Shown: positions 41,101 through 50,461 of the stretch, piece after piece
How the letters are laid out: each line of letters opens with the position of its first letter
Position numbering within the stretch: position 1 is the stretch's first letter
Origin: Treponema sp.
GTDB taxonomy: Bacteria > Spirochaetota > Spirochaetia > Treponematales > Breznakiellaceae
Reading direction: 5' to 3'
Assembly: GCA_009785215.1 (NCBI GenBank)
Contig: WQWU01000002.1
Span: 21,489-85,488, forward strand
DNA length: 64,000 bases
The notes under the pieces: generated by a model
What the model was told of the DNA's origin: nothing
Databases searched by the model: none
The model's input: the letters and a program-made list of their open reading frames with translations, nothing else
Made by a program: the position numbers and the translations under genes

Positions 41101-42943
41101 CAGCAAAATAATAATTTTCCAAATTTACAGCAGAAAAAGAAACCAGTTCTTTATATTCATTGTTCAGTCTTCTAAGAACTTCTTCTTCCTTTTTCATTAA
41201 TTCAGATAAATTAAATAAAACTTCCTGCTGTTCCTTTAAGTTCACTCCCAGAATATTTAATTTTTCCAATTCTGCTTCATATAGAAAAAGAGAATCATTG
41301 TATGCTGTTTTTGCTTTTTCCCATGCAGTTATCCCTTCCGATTCAGTCATTCTTCCTGCGCTAAGCTCATCTGCATAATTCATTACAGCCTGAGAAATTA
41401 ATGTTTTTCTTTCCCAATATAATACCAGCGCTTTTGCCCTGACAAGAGCAATTTGATACTCATCTAAATAAAAATCCTCACTTGATGCATCAGAAGAAAG
41501 AATATCTTTTAAAGCGCCTGTTCCGAAAAGTTCCGCATAATCTGCAAGAATTCTTTCACGCATTTCAAGTGCAGTTTCCATATACATGTTATACATGTCA
41601 TTTGATTTCTGCATTTCTCTTGTATTATTATTGTCTTTCCAAAACTGCATGTTTTCTTTTGCAGAAATAGCTGCTGATGAGCTTATCAAATATATATCAA
41701 TTAAAGCTTTAACTCTTGCGGTTCCTTCTCCGATCCGCATTGTCATATTTAGTTCAAATTCCTTTTTTGCTTCTGAAATATTTTTTTCAAATTCTTCTGA
41801 AATACTGATAAACAGCATTTCGCCTGCAAGAAAGAGTTCTTTAACGCTTAATTCCCATTTTTGCCGTTCTTCTTCAAATTGTTTAAATGCTGAGTGCCAA
41901 ATCTCTTCGCCTTCTAAAAACAACCTAAAGGAATCCTGTTCCCATTCAATACGCCTGATAAAAAATCTTTCTTCTGCTTCTTCCCATGCTCTTAAACCTC
42001 TGTCAAATTGATCCTTATATAAACGCAGCCATTCTTCTCCCATAATGGCTAAATCGCCTGTTCCTGCAGCAGCTTGTTCAATTTTGGAATTTAAATCTTC
42101 AATTCCTATCTTGCAGATTTCTTCTGTCTCTGCAATCAATTTTGCAGTAAATAATCTGGCTGCTTCATTTTCGCTTTTATTTCTCAGACTCCAAACATCT
42201 CTGGTTCTTCTATTAAGAAATATTCTTTCTTCTCTTGCAGCAATATTTTCAAATTCTTTTTTTATAATACTGCTTTTTATTGATGCAGATTCATCAATTA
42301 CTGCACTCATTACACTGCGTAATTCAGCAGGAATATATGCCAAAAGTTCCGGAAAATATTTAACCATTATATTTTTAACATGCCTGTCAGCTTCTTCCTG
42401 CCACAGAATTAAATCATTGTAAAAATCTCTGTTTTCGTCATTTGGGCGGATAATCATAGGATCGCCGGTAACAGGATCAAAGAGGACGTTTCCATTTTCA
42501 TCAAGATGCCAGGAATAAAATTTTTGAGTATTTCCAAGCATGGCAGAAAAACTTATCATTGCGTTTTCTGCTGTAACACCGAAAAACCTTCTGATAAGCC
42601 AGCTGGAAAAACGCTTTTCCAGTTCTTCAGATGTCCATTTTTCCAGTTGATTTTTTGCTTGTTCAAAAAAATACGGATCATCATATAGGGAACCAGCTAT
42701 TAATTCCCATGCGCCAATCGCCTGCGATAATCCCATTTTTGCTTCTGCAAACCAGCGATCAGAATTAACTTCCCTGTCTGCTTTGCTGAAACTGTTTTCA
42801 AAAACGGCCTTGTTAAATCCTTTAATCTCTTCGGGAAAAGAAGAAGGATTTTGCTGGGTATAAAGAAAAGGCGGAAATAAACCGCTGATAAATATCACCG
42901 CCAGAAAAAAAGAAATTGTTTTTTTAAAATAATTATTAATCAT
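35135..42943 (-). CDS. giant exported helical protein with C-terminal papain/C39-like domain (candidate polymorphic toxin)
   Basis: 2602 aa with N-terminal signal peptide, long helical region with Trp periodicity, Gly/Ala hydrophobic segment, GHEAYRDG motif and terminal YGC...GHFV...ANPW. Confidence 0.75.
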   Translation of the reverse strand: MINNYFKKTISFFLAVIFISGLFPPFLYTQQNPSSFPEEIKGFNKAVFENSFSKADREVNSDRWFAEAKMGLSQAIGAWELIAGSLYDDPYFFEQAKNQLEKWTSEELEKRFSSWLIRRFFGVTAENAMISFSAMLGNTQKFYSWHLDENGNVLFDPVTGDPMIIRPNDENRDFYNDLILWQEEADRHVKNIMVKYFPELLAYIPAELRSVMSAVIDESASIKSSIIKKEFENIAAREERIFLNRRTRDVWSLRNKSENEAARLFTAKLIAETEEICKIGIEDLNSKIEQAAAGTGDLAIMGEEWLRLYKDQFDRGLRAWEEAEERFFIRRIEWEQDSFRLFLEGEEIWHSAFKQFEEERQKWELSVKELFLAGEMLFISISEEFEKNISEAKKEFELNMTMRIGEGTARVKALIDIYLISSSAAISAKENMQFWKDNNNTREMQKSNDMYNMYMETALEMRERILADYAELFGTGALKDILSSDASSEDFYLDEYQIALVRAKALVLYWERKTLISQAVMNYADELSAGRMTESEGITAWEKAKTAYNDSLFLYEAELEKLNILGVNLKEQQEVLFNLSELMKKEEEVLRRLNNEYKELVSFSAVNLENYYFAALNAKFNYLADEYLFFQKEGDESEYKNILEYGMLWGLAEAKDSGYCHAEMWNNINNSLFLLFDNYSISAEKDYLPDIHFVLQAILEKPGDAEENAVNFAIEFESCFIDVPKWLEIEIVNWVNALLNLVFIQSQDLTETNNNWRQYIPDDFFADKDLFIEAASSKKDGYLADLLFNAAYFTNRVNDALKIFSHADVYNASETADYYFSFYYTGLSELAYRFQLLDFLYNEITDTARAYEYAKMSPDETRMQLLAKENELREYEGVYNTLKNDYFQEADKFNNIGFLYDNQYSMLKKAYEYKDLKRYEYEMQDAIRRWAATSYLNTDNINLANNREKLQKAQTVLNVLSDLYKNDNVRTFNDPVYNDLYLAYEQCFRIKLNVLEAVEAVTSAAMQERMNNMNLFNSYQNALYQLGYIDQNYNNYISSGNRTEWSLKDIITVIDGRIVFSKDDSLRLSGIDETKAKDIELFFNSNAINNDERYEITLFEESLRGLSERMSGYLTDGNKYRQWSYARNHLILSLSNANGDLGFLRNQYTGLSSLEGVLDQQIVTNVDYGRSRVRTIREAIGYEHIFINAENMFRDAWNGLNKEEQADLEFYLILTLSGIGNNYLSGFSQMYARDAGNYIDSYVNDIYTYALREQKKAWSGTTFDTMVRTNRVALRNIYSPISTISNTAQRWVNGLSGNLLLIKNNAGAYNNSSVKLQLLEGNKSNSHVITWDDINLTLITANKLKEENILQIKASWEKFSGNTNNTFTSVPAALNALLVWTNNEEIAAKSNLEKYWIFIADNQNQNESNFLTAVDSFIAGTIDIGELKNTAQKAYGENTASWKNHLNIIHSVLLSDISMNMEQNFNFISEFGNLGAELTLLTAKTIENRYMSELTAREAEWNQMFADILDKYFEWQNSAALILENGRMDWITGIQRIEASFREWQINFQNEYERVSDEWARVYLAGLEDKEIWLQQAANAANQASSNSFLSLMGAEGERLSRFIDTREPFGIRDSVPEAQALLSELLQFSGISKMSNAFSSINNIANTSSAIVKRGLGNVSVWNAALDKTAASDLARKTNAEIADNETRKLAYSAKLAANEAITGLTANVEAANNNFRENMDNIFIFNGLWSKNGSNYVKSIMKGSTLFDPVITETVTISGYINFNLGSVSLKTNMDENYLSSLNSIAIRVLLENVYSEVQAIADEIFGIGKDPISINRDRMQSPGRFGAHIGYSPANKPSDQMGNRKGEMFYDEGAGELGRLMSEFTYWSIIDTKGYSELSMAPWEKRMWNDDGSWFTSPSLRTVGTIACSIAAGALTGGTGFAGIALVVGINSSSEILFSSLDVAYGYKTLDEAGFNMGKTILSNSISSIGGGLFGGLSDKAFDLFDNTFYKVASKTLMTGAQTASISLATSAINGITYTSGGNWGYNANIFNAGFNSLYTNTLTSMAGSFVTTSLTALNTGFNSDKLDGFSNKNKQNLLKLNDLAGSLAGQGVNYALGNDFTLNVFNLGIFGKEKLSSGLLELNLGRSGVNMNIGTGGANVGINNLIASFNGAQVWNVNSKINKYIKEQGKESGNGFVADIALRAQYGYGNNDQKNQLRDILKGDVLLNTNADGDFYALSTRSEGKRIIDFAGYEKNMSREEQFRLAVILGHEAYRDGYGVGEIDTSGKIVTDKSNFDELKEASIARILMGDRIQAEHDWFYSYNADFDLENYFYLNALSTGDFSMFDDYLKLTYQNDKDYFFLPASTGSNYQNEERYRNIPLLNGASQERVNQINEERKQAAYNKYVNELSEGSVLIGWEEFRTNASYLKENGYEALNFISLHTYGCRFMSTKYALEALTGKTFNALQLQDFARDNKLYSSNTLLSSQNMADIITKNTDGLFSVSPVNAPEKPSLEELFLLNQSNTMYLACLKIKGHFVMLSEIDFIIDSNGNPTGISEIRAANPWNSSGDLGRQKYNFSDIDRWDIFMVTPTSGSNYSVVENAYQAFLQDYHQNFRR

Positions 42944-45935
42944 TTTTTACTCCATTTTTTTTGTTTTTTCCCGCACAAGCGAGAAGGGAAGGAATTATAA
43001 TAATTGAACAAAAGAAAGAACCTGTAACCCCAATAGCGCTAACCAGAGATAAAGTTCTAATTAAGGAATTTGTTTCTTCCAAAAGGAAGATAAATGGTAT
43101 TGCTCCGGCTGCTGTTGTTCCGGTTGTAGAAAGAAGAGCCGGCAGTTTTGAACGGATAGCACAATAAATATCAATATTTGAAAACCTGTTTTTTTTCTGC
43201 ATTTTTTGTTTTAAAGCATCAACACAAAGAATTGCAGCATTTACTGTCATGCCGCTAACTGCAATAAAAGCGCATGCAACCGCTGAATTAAATGAATTAC
43301 CGGTTAAAACCAAAACAATTGCAGGCAGAGCCAATGAAGGCGGAACTGCAGAAAGAACAAGAAGCGGTATTTTAAAAGATTCATTTACGGAAGCAATTAT
43401 CATGTAACAAAAAATAACAGCCATAACCAATGAAAATGCTGCACCGGTTAATTTTTTTCTTTTTCTTATTACTTCCGGATCAAACTCAACTGAATAACCA
43501 GCAGGTAAATCCATTTTATTTATTGTTTTTTCCAGTTCTTTTTTAGCTCTTAGCGGATCCATCGATTTTGTAGAAACTGTTATTGATGCATATCTGCGCC
43601 TGTTTTCCCGCTTTATTCCGGAAATCTCTGCTTCTTCCCTTGTACTTACAAGCGAATCAACAGTTAAAGGATAAAATGCTTCCTTTCTTCCGCTGGAGAC
43701 AAGAACATTTAATACACCCTCTTTTGTTTGCTGCAGAATATTTCCATTAGTTTTTACCCTTACATCTTTTTCTCCGTTTGAATCTAATCTTTTATAAGCA
43801 ACAGGACCGTAAACGCCTAACCTGACTTTTCCGGCAGCGGAAGAAAATTTTATTCCGGATTCTGCCAATACTTCCCTGTCCGGCAGCAAAACAAGTTTTT
43901 TGCTTCCATGTTTAAAATTGAGCGTTCTATCCCTTATTATAGAATTATCTGCACATAAATAAGCAAGATCTTCCGCCAGCTTTCTGCACTTGTTTCCGTC
44001 ATCACCGTAAATAAAAATCTCCCAATAATTATCTTTTGCCGTGTTCTCCTGGAAAAAAATAAAACCGCCGGGAATATAAATTTCTTTTAACATATTTCTA
44101 ATTATGAAAGGCTTGGTTTGTTTGGTATTGAATGAAACATGCAAAGATGCTGACCCCGTTCTTGACCTTGTTTCAATGTTTTTTACGCCAAAAATATCCA
44201 AGACCTGTCCGCTGTAAACAGAAAGCAAAGTATCAACTTCTTCCGCAAGTAATCCGCTGTCAAATTCAATTTGAGCATAAATTGAATCTCCGGAACCATA
44301 ATTGGAAACATCTGTTCCTTTTACGAATAACATAATAAATGCAATAATAGAAATTACTAAACCAAAAGTTATAACGATCCCGGGGCAGGCTGTGCAGAAT
44401 TTTACAGAAGCTGCAAGAAATCTGCATAAAAAATAATAAATACGCTTAAAAAAAAATTTAAAAACTAATGGTATTTTAATTAAACGTTCATTTGCTTTTT
44501 CATTTAACCCCCAAAGCAGTAATGGAGGAAGAAGTGAAAGGCTTAAAAGAAGGGATATAACAGTAACTACAGTAATAGCGGCGGCAATAAATTTAACGCT
44601 TTCATCTTCAATTGCAAATAACGGAACAAGAGCGGCTATTGTTGTTGCGCCGCCTGCAATCAACGGATTTTTTAATGATGACAGCGCTGAAGATGCCGAT
44701 TCATAACATATACATTTCCGCAGTTTTTCTGAACATAAAATAACAGCATCTATTGCTGTTCCTATGCCGGCGGCAATTCCTGCCAGCATTAGCCGGTTAA
44801 ATGAAAAACCTGCAAAAGAAAGAACCGCCGCAGATAAAAGGCAAATTACTGGTATAGTTAAAGCGCAGAAGAAACTGGAAATATTTGCATTATTTTTTCT
44901 GCTCAATAAAAAACTTAAAAATGCAACCATTACAGCGCCGAACAAAGCAGCATTTAATACAGATTTAAAAGCTGCATTTTCTTCTGCTCCATGATCAGAT
45001 AATACAGTAAATAATAAATTATTCTGCGATTTTATCTGCGATAACTTATCCAATTCTTTGTTTATATCAGAAGATAGTTTTCTTAAATCCGCTCCATCTT
45101 TACCCATGATTGAAATGCCAGCTGTTCGTTTCCCGTTTAAACGGGAATAATTGTCCGGTTCACGTTCTCTTTCAGTAATCACGGCAATATCAGAAAGCTC
45201 AATATACCTGCCCTCTCCAATTGGTATAAGCGCTTTATCAAGAGAGGAATATCTGCCGTCTACTGTAACAATAATACTTTTATTCGCATGAATAATTGTT
45301 CCGCCGGAAAAAACAAAATCGTTTTTCCCAAGATAAGATGTAATCATCATAGGTTCTAATTTTAAAATACCAAGTTTTTCCTGATCAAAATTAATAATTA
45401 ATTCTTTTACTCCTGCACCCGAAACTATAACTTCGCCTGCTCCTTCCAGGCTTTCGAGTTTTGGTTTAATGATTTTTTCCAGTATATGGGCAGCTTCATT
45501 CAGATTATCAGAAATTACTGCAGCTGACCAAACAGGTACTCTTGAATTATTGGAACTGATTATTTCCGGTCTTTGAACAGATGCTGGAAATGTCTCATAA
45601 ACTTTTTGAACCGCATCACGAACAGCTTCATAACGTCCGTTAGATCCCGGTCTAAAACGAATAAAAACACTTGATTGGCTGTTTTCGCTGGAACTATGCA
45701 AAGACAATATTCCAGAAATGGAAAACAGCGCATCTTCCACTGGTATTGTAATGCTTCTTTCTATCTCCAGAGCATTAATACCATAATGTTTAATTTTTAC
45801 AACATAAGAACCTCCTGAGTTTTCTTTTATTTTTTCACCAGAATTAAAAATAATAAACAAAGAGACTGCGCAAATGCCTGTTAAAATACACAAGCTTGCT
45901 TTTTTTCTTTTAAGCCATACAGAGTATATTTTCAT
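42936..45935 (-). CDS. divergent RND (AcrB-like) permease B
   Basis: ~1000 aa with 1+5+1+5 TM layout. ALEIERSITIPVEDAL, SRLNGKR and LPAGYSVEF. ATGA overlap with the upstream permease. Confidence 0.88.
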   Translation of the reverse strand: MKIYSVWLKRKKASLCILTGICAVSLFIIFNSGEKIKENSGGSYVVKIKHYGINALEIERSITIPVEDALFSISGILSLHSSSENSQSSVFIRFRPGSNGRYEAVRDAVQKVYETFPASVQRPEIISSNNSRVPVWSAAVISDNLNEAAHILEKIIKPKLESLEGAGEVIVSGAGVKELIINFDQEKLGILKLEPMMITSYLGKNDFVFSGGTIIHANKSIIVTVDGRYSSLDKALIPIGEGRYIELSDIAVITEREREPDNYSRLNGKRTAGISIMGKDGADLRKLSSDINKELDKLSQIKSQNNLLFTVLSDHGAEENAAFKSVLNAALFGAVMVAFLSFLLSRKNNANISSFFCALTIPVICLLSAAVLSFAGFSFNRLMLAGIAAGIGTAIDAVILCSEKLRKCICYESASSALSSLKNPLIAGGATTIAALVPLFAIEDESVKFIAAAITVVTVISLLLSLSLLPPLLLWGLNEKANERLIKIPLVFKFFFKRIYYFLCRFLAASVKFCTACPGIVITFGLVISIIAFIMLFVKGTDVSNYGSGDSIYAQIEFDSGLLAEEVDTLLSVYSGQVLDIFGVKNIETRSRTGSASLHVSFNTKQTKPFIIRNMLKEIYIPGGFIFFQENTAKDNYWEIFIYGDDGNKCRKLAEDLAYLCADNSIIRDRTLNFKHGSKKLVLLPDREVLAESGIKFSSAAGKVRLGVYGPVAYKRLDSNGEKDVRVKTNGNILQQTKEGVLNVLVSSGRKEAFYPLTVDSLVSTREEAEISGIKRENRRRYASITVSTKSMDPLRAKKELEKTINKMDLPAGYSVEFDPEVIRKRKKLTGAAFSLVMAVIFCYMIIASVNESFKIPLLVLSAVPPSLALPAIVLVLTGNSFNSAVACAFIAVSGMTVNAAILCVDALKQKMQKKNRFSNIDIYCAIRSKLPALLSTTGTTAAGAIPFIFLLEETNSLIRTLSLVSAIGVTGSFFCSIIIIPSLLACAGKNKKNGVKND

Positions 45936-48922
45936 AACTGCTGTTTCCATTTAAAATATTTAATTAAAACCGGAGGAATTGCAAATAAACTAATTAATGT
46001 TGATGCAGTGATGCCTCCCAGCATTGCGCAAGCCATGGATTTTTGCGAATTGCCCAAAGGATTTAACACAATGGGTAAAAGAGCAAAAATAGTTGTCATC
46101 ATTGTTATTAGAATTGCCGCAAAACGCTCCCGCGTTCCGCAGTATACTGCCAATGCCGGCGATAAACCATTTTTTATTTTTTCATTGCAGATTTCATAAA
46201 GAATGAGGCTATTATTCACAGCAAGTCCAAAAAGTGCAGTTAATCCAAGAATAACGCCAGAATCAATTTTTGTATTTGTAACAAGAAGCAACGGGCCTGC
46301 GCCGGCAAGAGAAAAAGGTATCGTTAGCATTAGTATCAAAGGAAGAAGAAATGATTCAAATTGAGCGCCCATTGCCATGTATAATAAAATGAATACAAGC
46401 AAAACATAAATAAAAAGCGAATTGCGGTAACGGCTGAAAACAGAATCATTTGCCATCACTGCATATTGCATAACATTTTCAGGGATTTTCTTTCCATAAG
46501 CAGCATCTGCATATATAACATCAGACCGATCAAGCCGTGTTAGAACGGCATCTGCTTCTTTTCTTTCAATTTTTCCCAGGGAACCAAGAAACACTGTTTT
46601 TCCCTGCGGCGTTTTAACAGGAATTTGTTCAAGTCTTTTAATTGGATCGCTTTCTGAATTAATATTGCCTGTTACACGCACATCAAGCGGTCTGCCTTCT
46701 ACCTCCAAATGCGCTGCAATTACACCCTCGTTCAAAATGAACAGTGTTTCTGCAATGTGTGCGGCTGAAATTGATAAATATGCTGCAGCTTCCCTGTTTG
46801 GCAGAAACCGCAATTCTGACCTTTGCCCAAAAGGACGGAAAAAAACATCTATCAATTCTGTTTTAAAATAATTTTTAACAATTTCTGTCTGCTCAAGAAG
46901 TTCTTCCCTGTCCTTTCCTTTTATTAACAAAGTCTGTTCGGAAGATAATCCCAAAAGTATTTCTGTTTTATCTCTTGGTAAAAAGACTGAATATTGTAAA
47001 TCTGCAAATTGCTTCATAGTAGAGTTAATAACTGCCAGCGCTTTTTCCGGCTTTACGCCTTTTTTAATTTGACAGCGCAGAATTAATTCTTCTTTTTTGT
47101 AATCTATGTCTGCTCTTCTGCCAATATCTTCTTCTTCTGCGCCTGCTTTTCCGTAAACAGTATCAACAAGCGGCAGCCCTGATAAAAGACTGGAAGCTTT
47201 AACAGAAACATCCAAAATGCTTTCCAATAAAATACCTGGCGGAGAAGTAACAGAAACCCAAACTTCTTCTGCATCATCCGGATTAATAAAAACCAATGGC
47301 TGTACAAAAAGCATTAAAAAACCTAAAACGCTTAAGAAGACAGCAATAAAAAAAATTTTAACCGGACGGCGGAAACAAACAGAAAGAATCTTTGAATATT
47401 TTCTTACAAGGCTGCCGCTTGTTAATACTGTATTTAATTTTTTTGAATCAAAAAACTGCAAAAACAAAGAAGGAAGAAAAAATTGCGCATAAATCCATCC
47501 GGCAATTACAGATGTAACAAGCGCTATTGCAATATCACCAAAAAGACTGCCCAAAGGGCCTGGAAGCATTATAATTGGTAAAAAAACAATCGCTGTTGTA
47601 AGACTGGAGCTGATACTGGAACCAGCGATAGAATAAACCTTATTTCCTATTTCTTCTGGTAAAGGCGCTGCTTTTCTCTCTCCAAAAGCCCGATGCAGAA
47701 TATCTATTACAATTACTGCTAAATCTGAAACAAGACCAATGCCCATTGCAAGGCCGCCAAGACTCATTCCATTCAGTGATTTTCCAAAAATTGAGAGAAT
47801 ACAAATGCCTGCTGCAAAGGATATAGGAATGGAAAGAGCAGCAAAGAAACTATATTTTATCCGGCGGATAAAAATAATAAGAACGGTTATAACTGCAATT
47901 GCGGCAAAAATGGCAGAGATAACCAGCCCTTTTATTCCGCTCAGCAGTGAAGAAGAAGAATCTGTTACTATCTCAATAACAGCATCACGCGAAAAAAGCA
48001 AAGATGCTTCGTTTATTGCTTTTTCTACATCCTTTGATAATTTTAACGGATTATATCCCGGTCTTCTGTAAACTTCCAAAGAAACTGCTTCTTTTCCATC
48101 ATAAACAAATATACTATTTCTCTTTGCTGAAGCAGAAAAGAGTTCTCCCGAATCTTCAATTTTTAAACCTCCTGAACTTACAGGAAGAATAACCCTGGAA
48201 AGAGAATAAACAGAATCCGGCATTCCGGAACTAACAACAACCAGTTCCAAATTTCCATCACGTGCATTTCCTGCCGGAATATCAGCAGTTTCCTGCGTTA
48301 GAAGATTTATAAACTCAGATGGTGACATACCTATAGCAGAAAGCTTTGGTAAATCCAAAATCAGCTTTTCTTCGCTGACCTCACCTCCTGAAAGAACAAT
48401 AGAACCAACACCATCTATTCTTCTTAACCGTGCTCTAATTTCGAATTCTGCAAGTTTTCGTGCAAACTCTCCGTTTTTGTTACGCGAACTAACAGCAATC
48501 ACAATATGTGGTTCGTTTCCAGAATCGCCGGAAGTTACGGTTGGCTTTTTTACACCTTCAGGAAGGCTCTGATAAACCGCATCTATCGCTTCCCGCACAG
48601 GAACCGATGCTGTCATTGGATCAATACCCCAGCGAAAATCCAGGCTTATAACAGAACTGTTATCTCTTGAAACGCTTCTTATTCTTTCAAGACCTTTAAC
48701 CGGCGAAAGTCCGTCTTCCAAAGGAATTGTAACCATACTTCTTATTTCATTGGCTGCCATTCCAGGGTAAAGAGTTTCAATTGTAACCCTTGGCACAGAA
48801 AATTCCGGCAGCCTGTTAACAGGCAGGGTAAAAAGAGAATAAACCGCAGCAATAATTAATGCAAGAAGTATCATTATAACAGTTACAGGACGGCGTATAA
48901 AAAAATATAATAGTTCTCTCAT
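45932..48922 (-). CDS. RND (AcrB-like) permease A
   Basis: FIRRPV, LPVNRLP, YPGM, MGAQFESFLLPLILMLTIPFS and AMLGG. Confidence 0.92.
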   Translation of the reverse strand: MRELLYFFIRRPVTVIMILLALIIAAVYSLFTLPVNRLPEFSVPRVTIETLYPGMAANEIRSMVTIPLEDGLSPVKGLERIRSVSRDNSSVISLDFRWGIDPMTASVPVREAIDAVYQSLPEGVKKPTVTSGDSGNEPHIVIAVSSRNKNGEFARKLAEFEIRARLRRIDGVGSIVLSGGEVSEEKLILDLPKLSAIGMSPSEFINLLTQETADIPAGNARDGNLELVVVSSGMPDSVYSLSRVILPVSSGGLKIEDSGELFSASAKRNSIFVYDGKEAVSLEVYRRPGYNPLKLSKDVEKAINEASLLFSRDAVIEIVTDSSSSLLSGIKGLVISAIFAAIAVITVLIIFIRRIKYSFFAALSIPISFAAGICILSIFGKSLNGMSLGGLAMGIGLVSDLAVIVIDILHRAFGERKAAPLPEEIGNKVYSIAGSSISSSLTTAIVFLPIIMLPGPLGSLFGDIAIALVTSVIAGWIYAQFFLPSLFLQFFDSKKLNTVLTSGSLVRKYSKILSVCFRRPVKIFFIAVFLSVLGFLMLFVQPLVFINPDDAEEVWVSVTSPPGILLESILDVSVKASSLLSGLPLVDTVYGKAGAEEEDIGRRADIDYKKEELILRCQIKKGVKPEKALAVINSTMKQFADLQYSVFLPRDKTEILLGLSSEQTLLIKGKDREELLEQTEIVKNYFKTELIDVFFRPFGQRSELRFLPNREAAAYLSISAAHIAETLFILNEGVIAAHLEVEGRPLDVRVTGNINSESDPIKRLEQIPVKTPQGKTVFLGSLGKIERKEADAVLTRLDRSDVIYADAAYGKKIPENVMQYAVMANDSVFSRYRNSLFIYVLLVFILLYMAMGAQFESFLLPLILMLTIPFSLAGAGPLLLVTNTKIDSGVILGLTALFGLAVNNSLILYEICNEKIKNGLSPALAVYCGTRERFAAILITMMTTIFALLPIVLNPLGNSQKSMACAMLGGITASTLISLFAIPPVLIKYFKWKQQL

Positions 48923-48928
48923 ATTTTC

Positions 48929-50461
48929 CTACTTTATCAGCGGCAGTCTAATTTGCTTGTTATTTATATTTCCAAGATTGTCACGCAATCCCGGCAAAAT
49001 TATAAAATTAACTATTCCAAAGTTTGTGGAATTAACAAGTATTCCGCTAATTTCTATTCGTAATAAATTGTCCAGACCATCTTGAGGATCAGCAGCAGAA
49101 AAACCGGAAACTTTTATTTGTCTTGGAGAAAAAGAAATAACATTATTGGATGTTTCTATCCTAAACAGTTCCATTAAAGAAAAAATATCGATCTCTGCAT
49201 CTAACGCTGTTGTAAAATATAGTTCTATCCATGTTTTAATACTTTCGCCGGATGGATAATTAACATCTGATATGGGAATTATCTGAAAAACAGTGTTAAC
49301 ATCATAATATTCCAATTCATTATCAAAACTATTATTCGGAGCCATCGGCATTCTGATTCCTGCAAGTTCAGGAGGCCTTGAATATTTTCCATTTACAAAT
49401 ATTCTGTAAATATATTCTTTTTTGCTTTCATTCCCGGACAAATCTTTAATGTTCTGCCTAATTCGAAGAATAAATCTGCTTTCATATACTGGATTATTTT
49501 CGAACTTTAAAAGGAATTCAGTATTAAATCCCGGAGGCGTTTCAATTATTAAATTAGGAGCATTTTCTGCAGTTAAACAATTTTTTACAGAAATGCTGTC
49601 TACTGGTTTGGAAAAAACTAAAAGGAATTTATCATCTTTTTCCCATCCATGATTTTCTGCCTGCATCTGTCCAATACCGGCATAACCGTTATCCAAAGAT
49701 AATAAGTGATACTCGTTTTTATTTGTTACACGATAAACAAATAAAAGCTCAGGATTTTCTCTGTCTGTTTCTGTAGTAAAAATACTTATAAAATCATTTC
49801 TTAAATTCATTCCATTTGCGTCTGTAAAAGAAGATGAAACACGTATTTCATAACGGCAATTTTGCTTCCATGGTTCAGAAGGTGTAAAAACTGCATTTCT
49901 TCCGTTTTCTTCCAGCTGCCAAAAACCAGAAATAGAAGGAACAAACGAAACGTTATCATAAAGTGCTTTTATTGGCACAGAAGAAGAAAATACAAGCCTT
50001 ACTTCTGTTCTTAAATTGTCTATTTCCTCGTACATTTCAGGATAGCAATAATCGATAAATGGCCGGTTATTCCCAGCCCTTGTAGTAAAAATTCGAATAA
50101 AGTCTTTGTCCATATTTAATCCGCTGGTATTACAAGCGCCTGCAAGCAGATTAATTGTATAATCGGCATTACTGTTTAAAGGAGACAATGGAGTAAAAAT
50201 AACTTTTTTTAATTCCCATCTGAATGTTCCCCTTATAAGATTTCCATCACCTGTAAGAGAAAAATTCCGTTCTATACTTTCTTTATTTGGCTCATGTGAA
50301 AAATTCAGGGAAACAGTAATTTTTTCAGGTTCAGAATGAAGTCCTTCGCCGGGAGACCATGATAGTACTTCAAATAACGAAGACCTTAATATATCGCAGG
50401 AAGTCACAACAAATAGGCAGAAAACAATTAAAACAATTAAAACAATAAAATTATTTTTCAT
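48929..50461 (-). CDS. lipoprotein with tandem bacterial Ig-like (Big_5-type) domains
   Basis: VTSC lipobox and repeated 'P...F S...F.P...Y.I......D..G......F.T' pattern. Confidence 0.8.
   Translation of the reverse strand: MKNNFIVLIVLIVFCLFVVTSCDILRSSLFEVLSWSPGEGLHSEPEKITVSLNFSHEPNKESIERNFSLTGDGNLIRGTFRWELKKVIFTPLSPLNSNADYTINLLAGACNTSGLNMDKDFIRIFTTRAGNNRPFIDYCYPEMYEEIDNLRTEVRLVFSSSVPIKALYDNVSFVPSISGFWQLEENGRNAVFTPSEPWKQNCRYEIRVSSSFTDANGMNLRNDFISIFTTETDRENPELLFVYRVTNKNEYHLLSLDNGYAGIGQMQAENHGWEKDDKFLLVFSKPVDSISVKNCLTAENAPNLIIETPPGFNTEFLLKFENNPVYESRFILRIRQNIKDLSGNESKKEYIYRIFVNGKYSRPPELAGIRMPMAPNNSFDNELEYYDVNTVFQIIPISDVNYPSGESIKTWIELYFTTALDAEIDIFSLMELFRIETSNNVISFSPRQIKVSGFSAADPQDGLDNLLRIEISGILVNSTNFGIVNFIILPGLRDNLGNINNKQIRLPLIK

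Noticed and set aside
35135-42943. Prophage tape-measure gene
   Set aside because: No phage structural genes nearby and a signal peptide is present. Only the periodicity is tape-measure-like.
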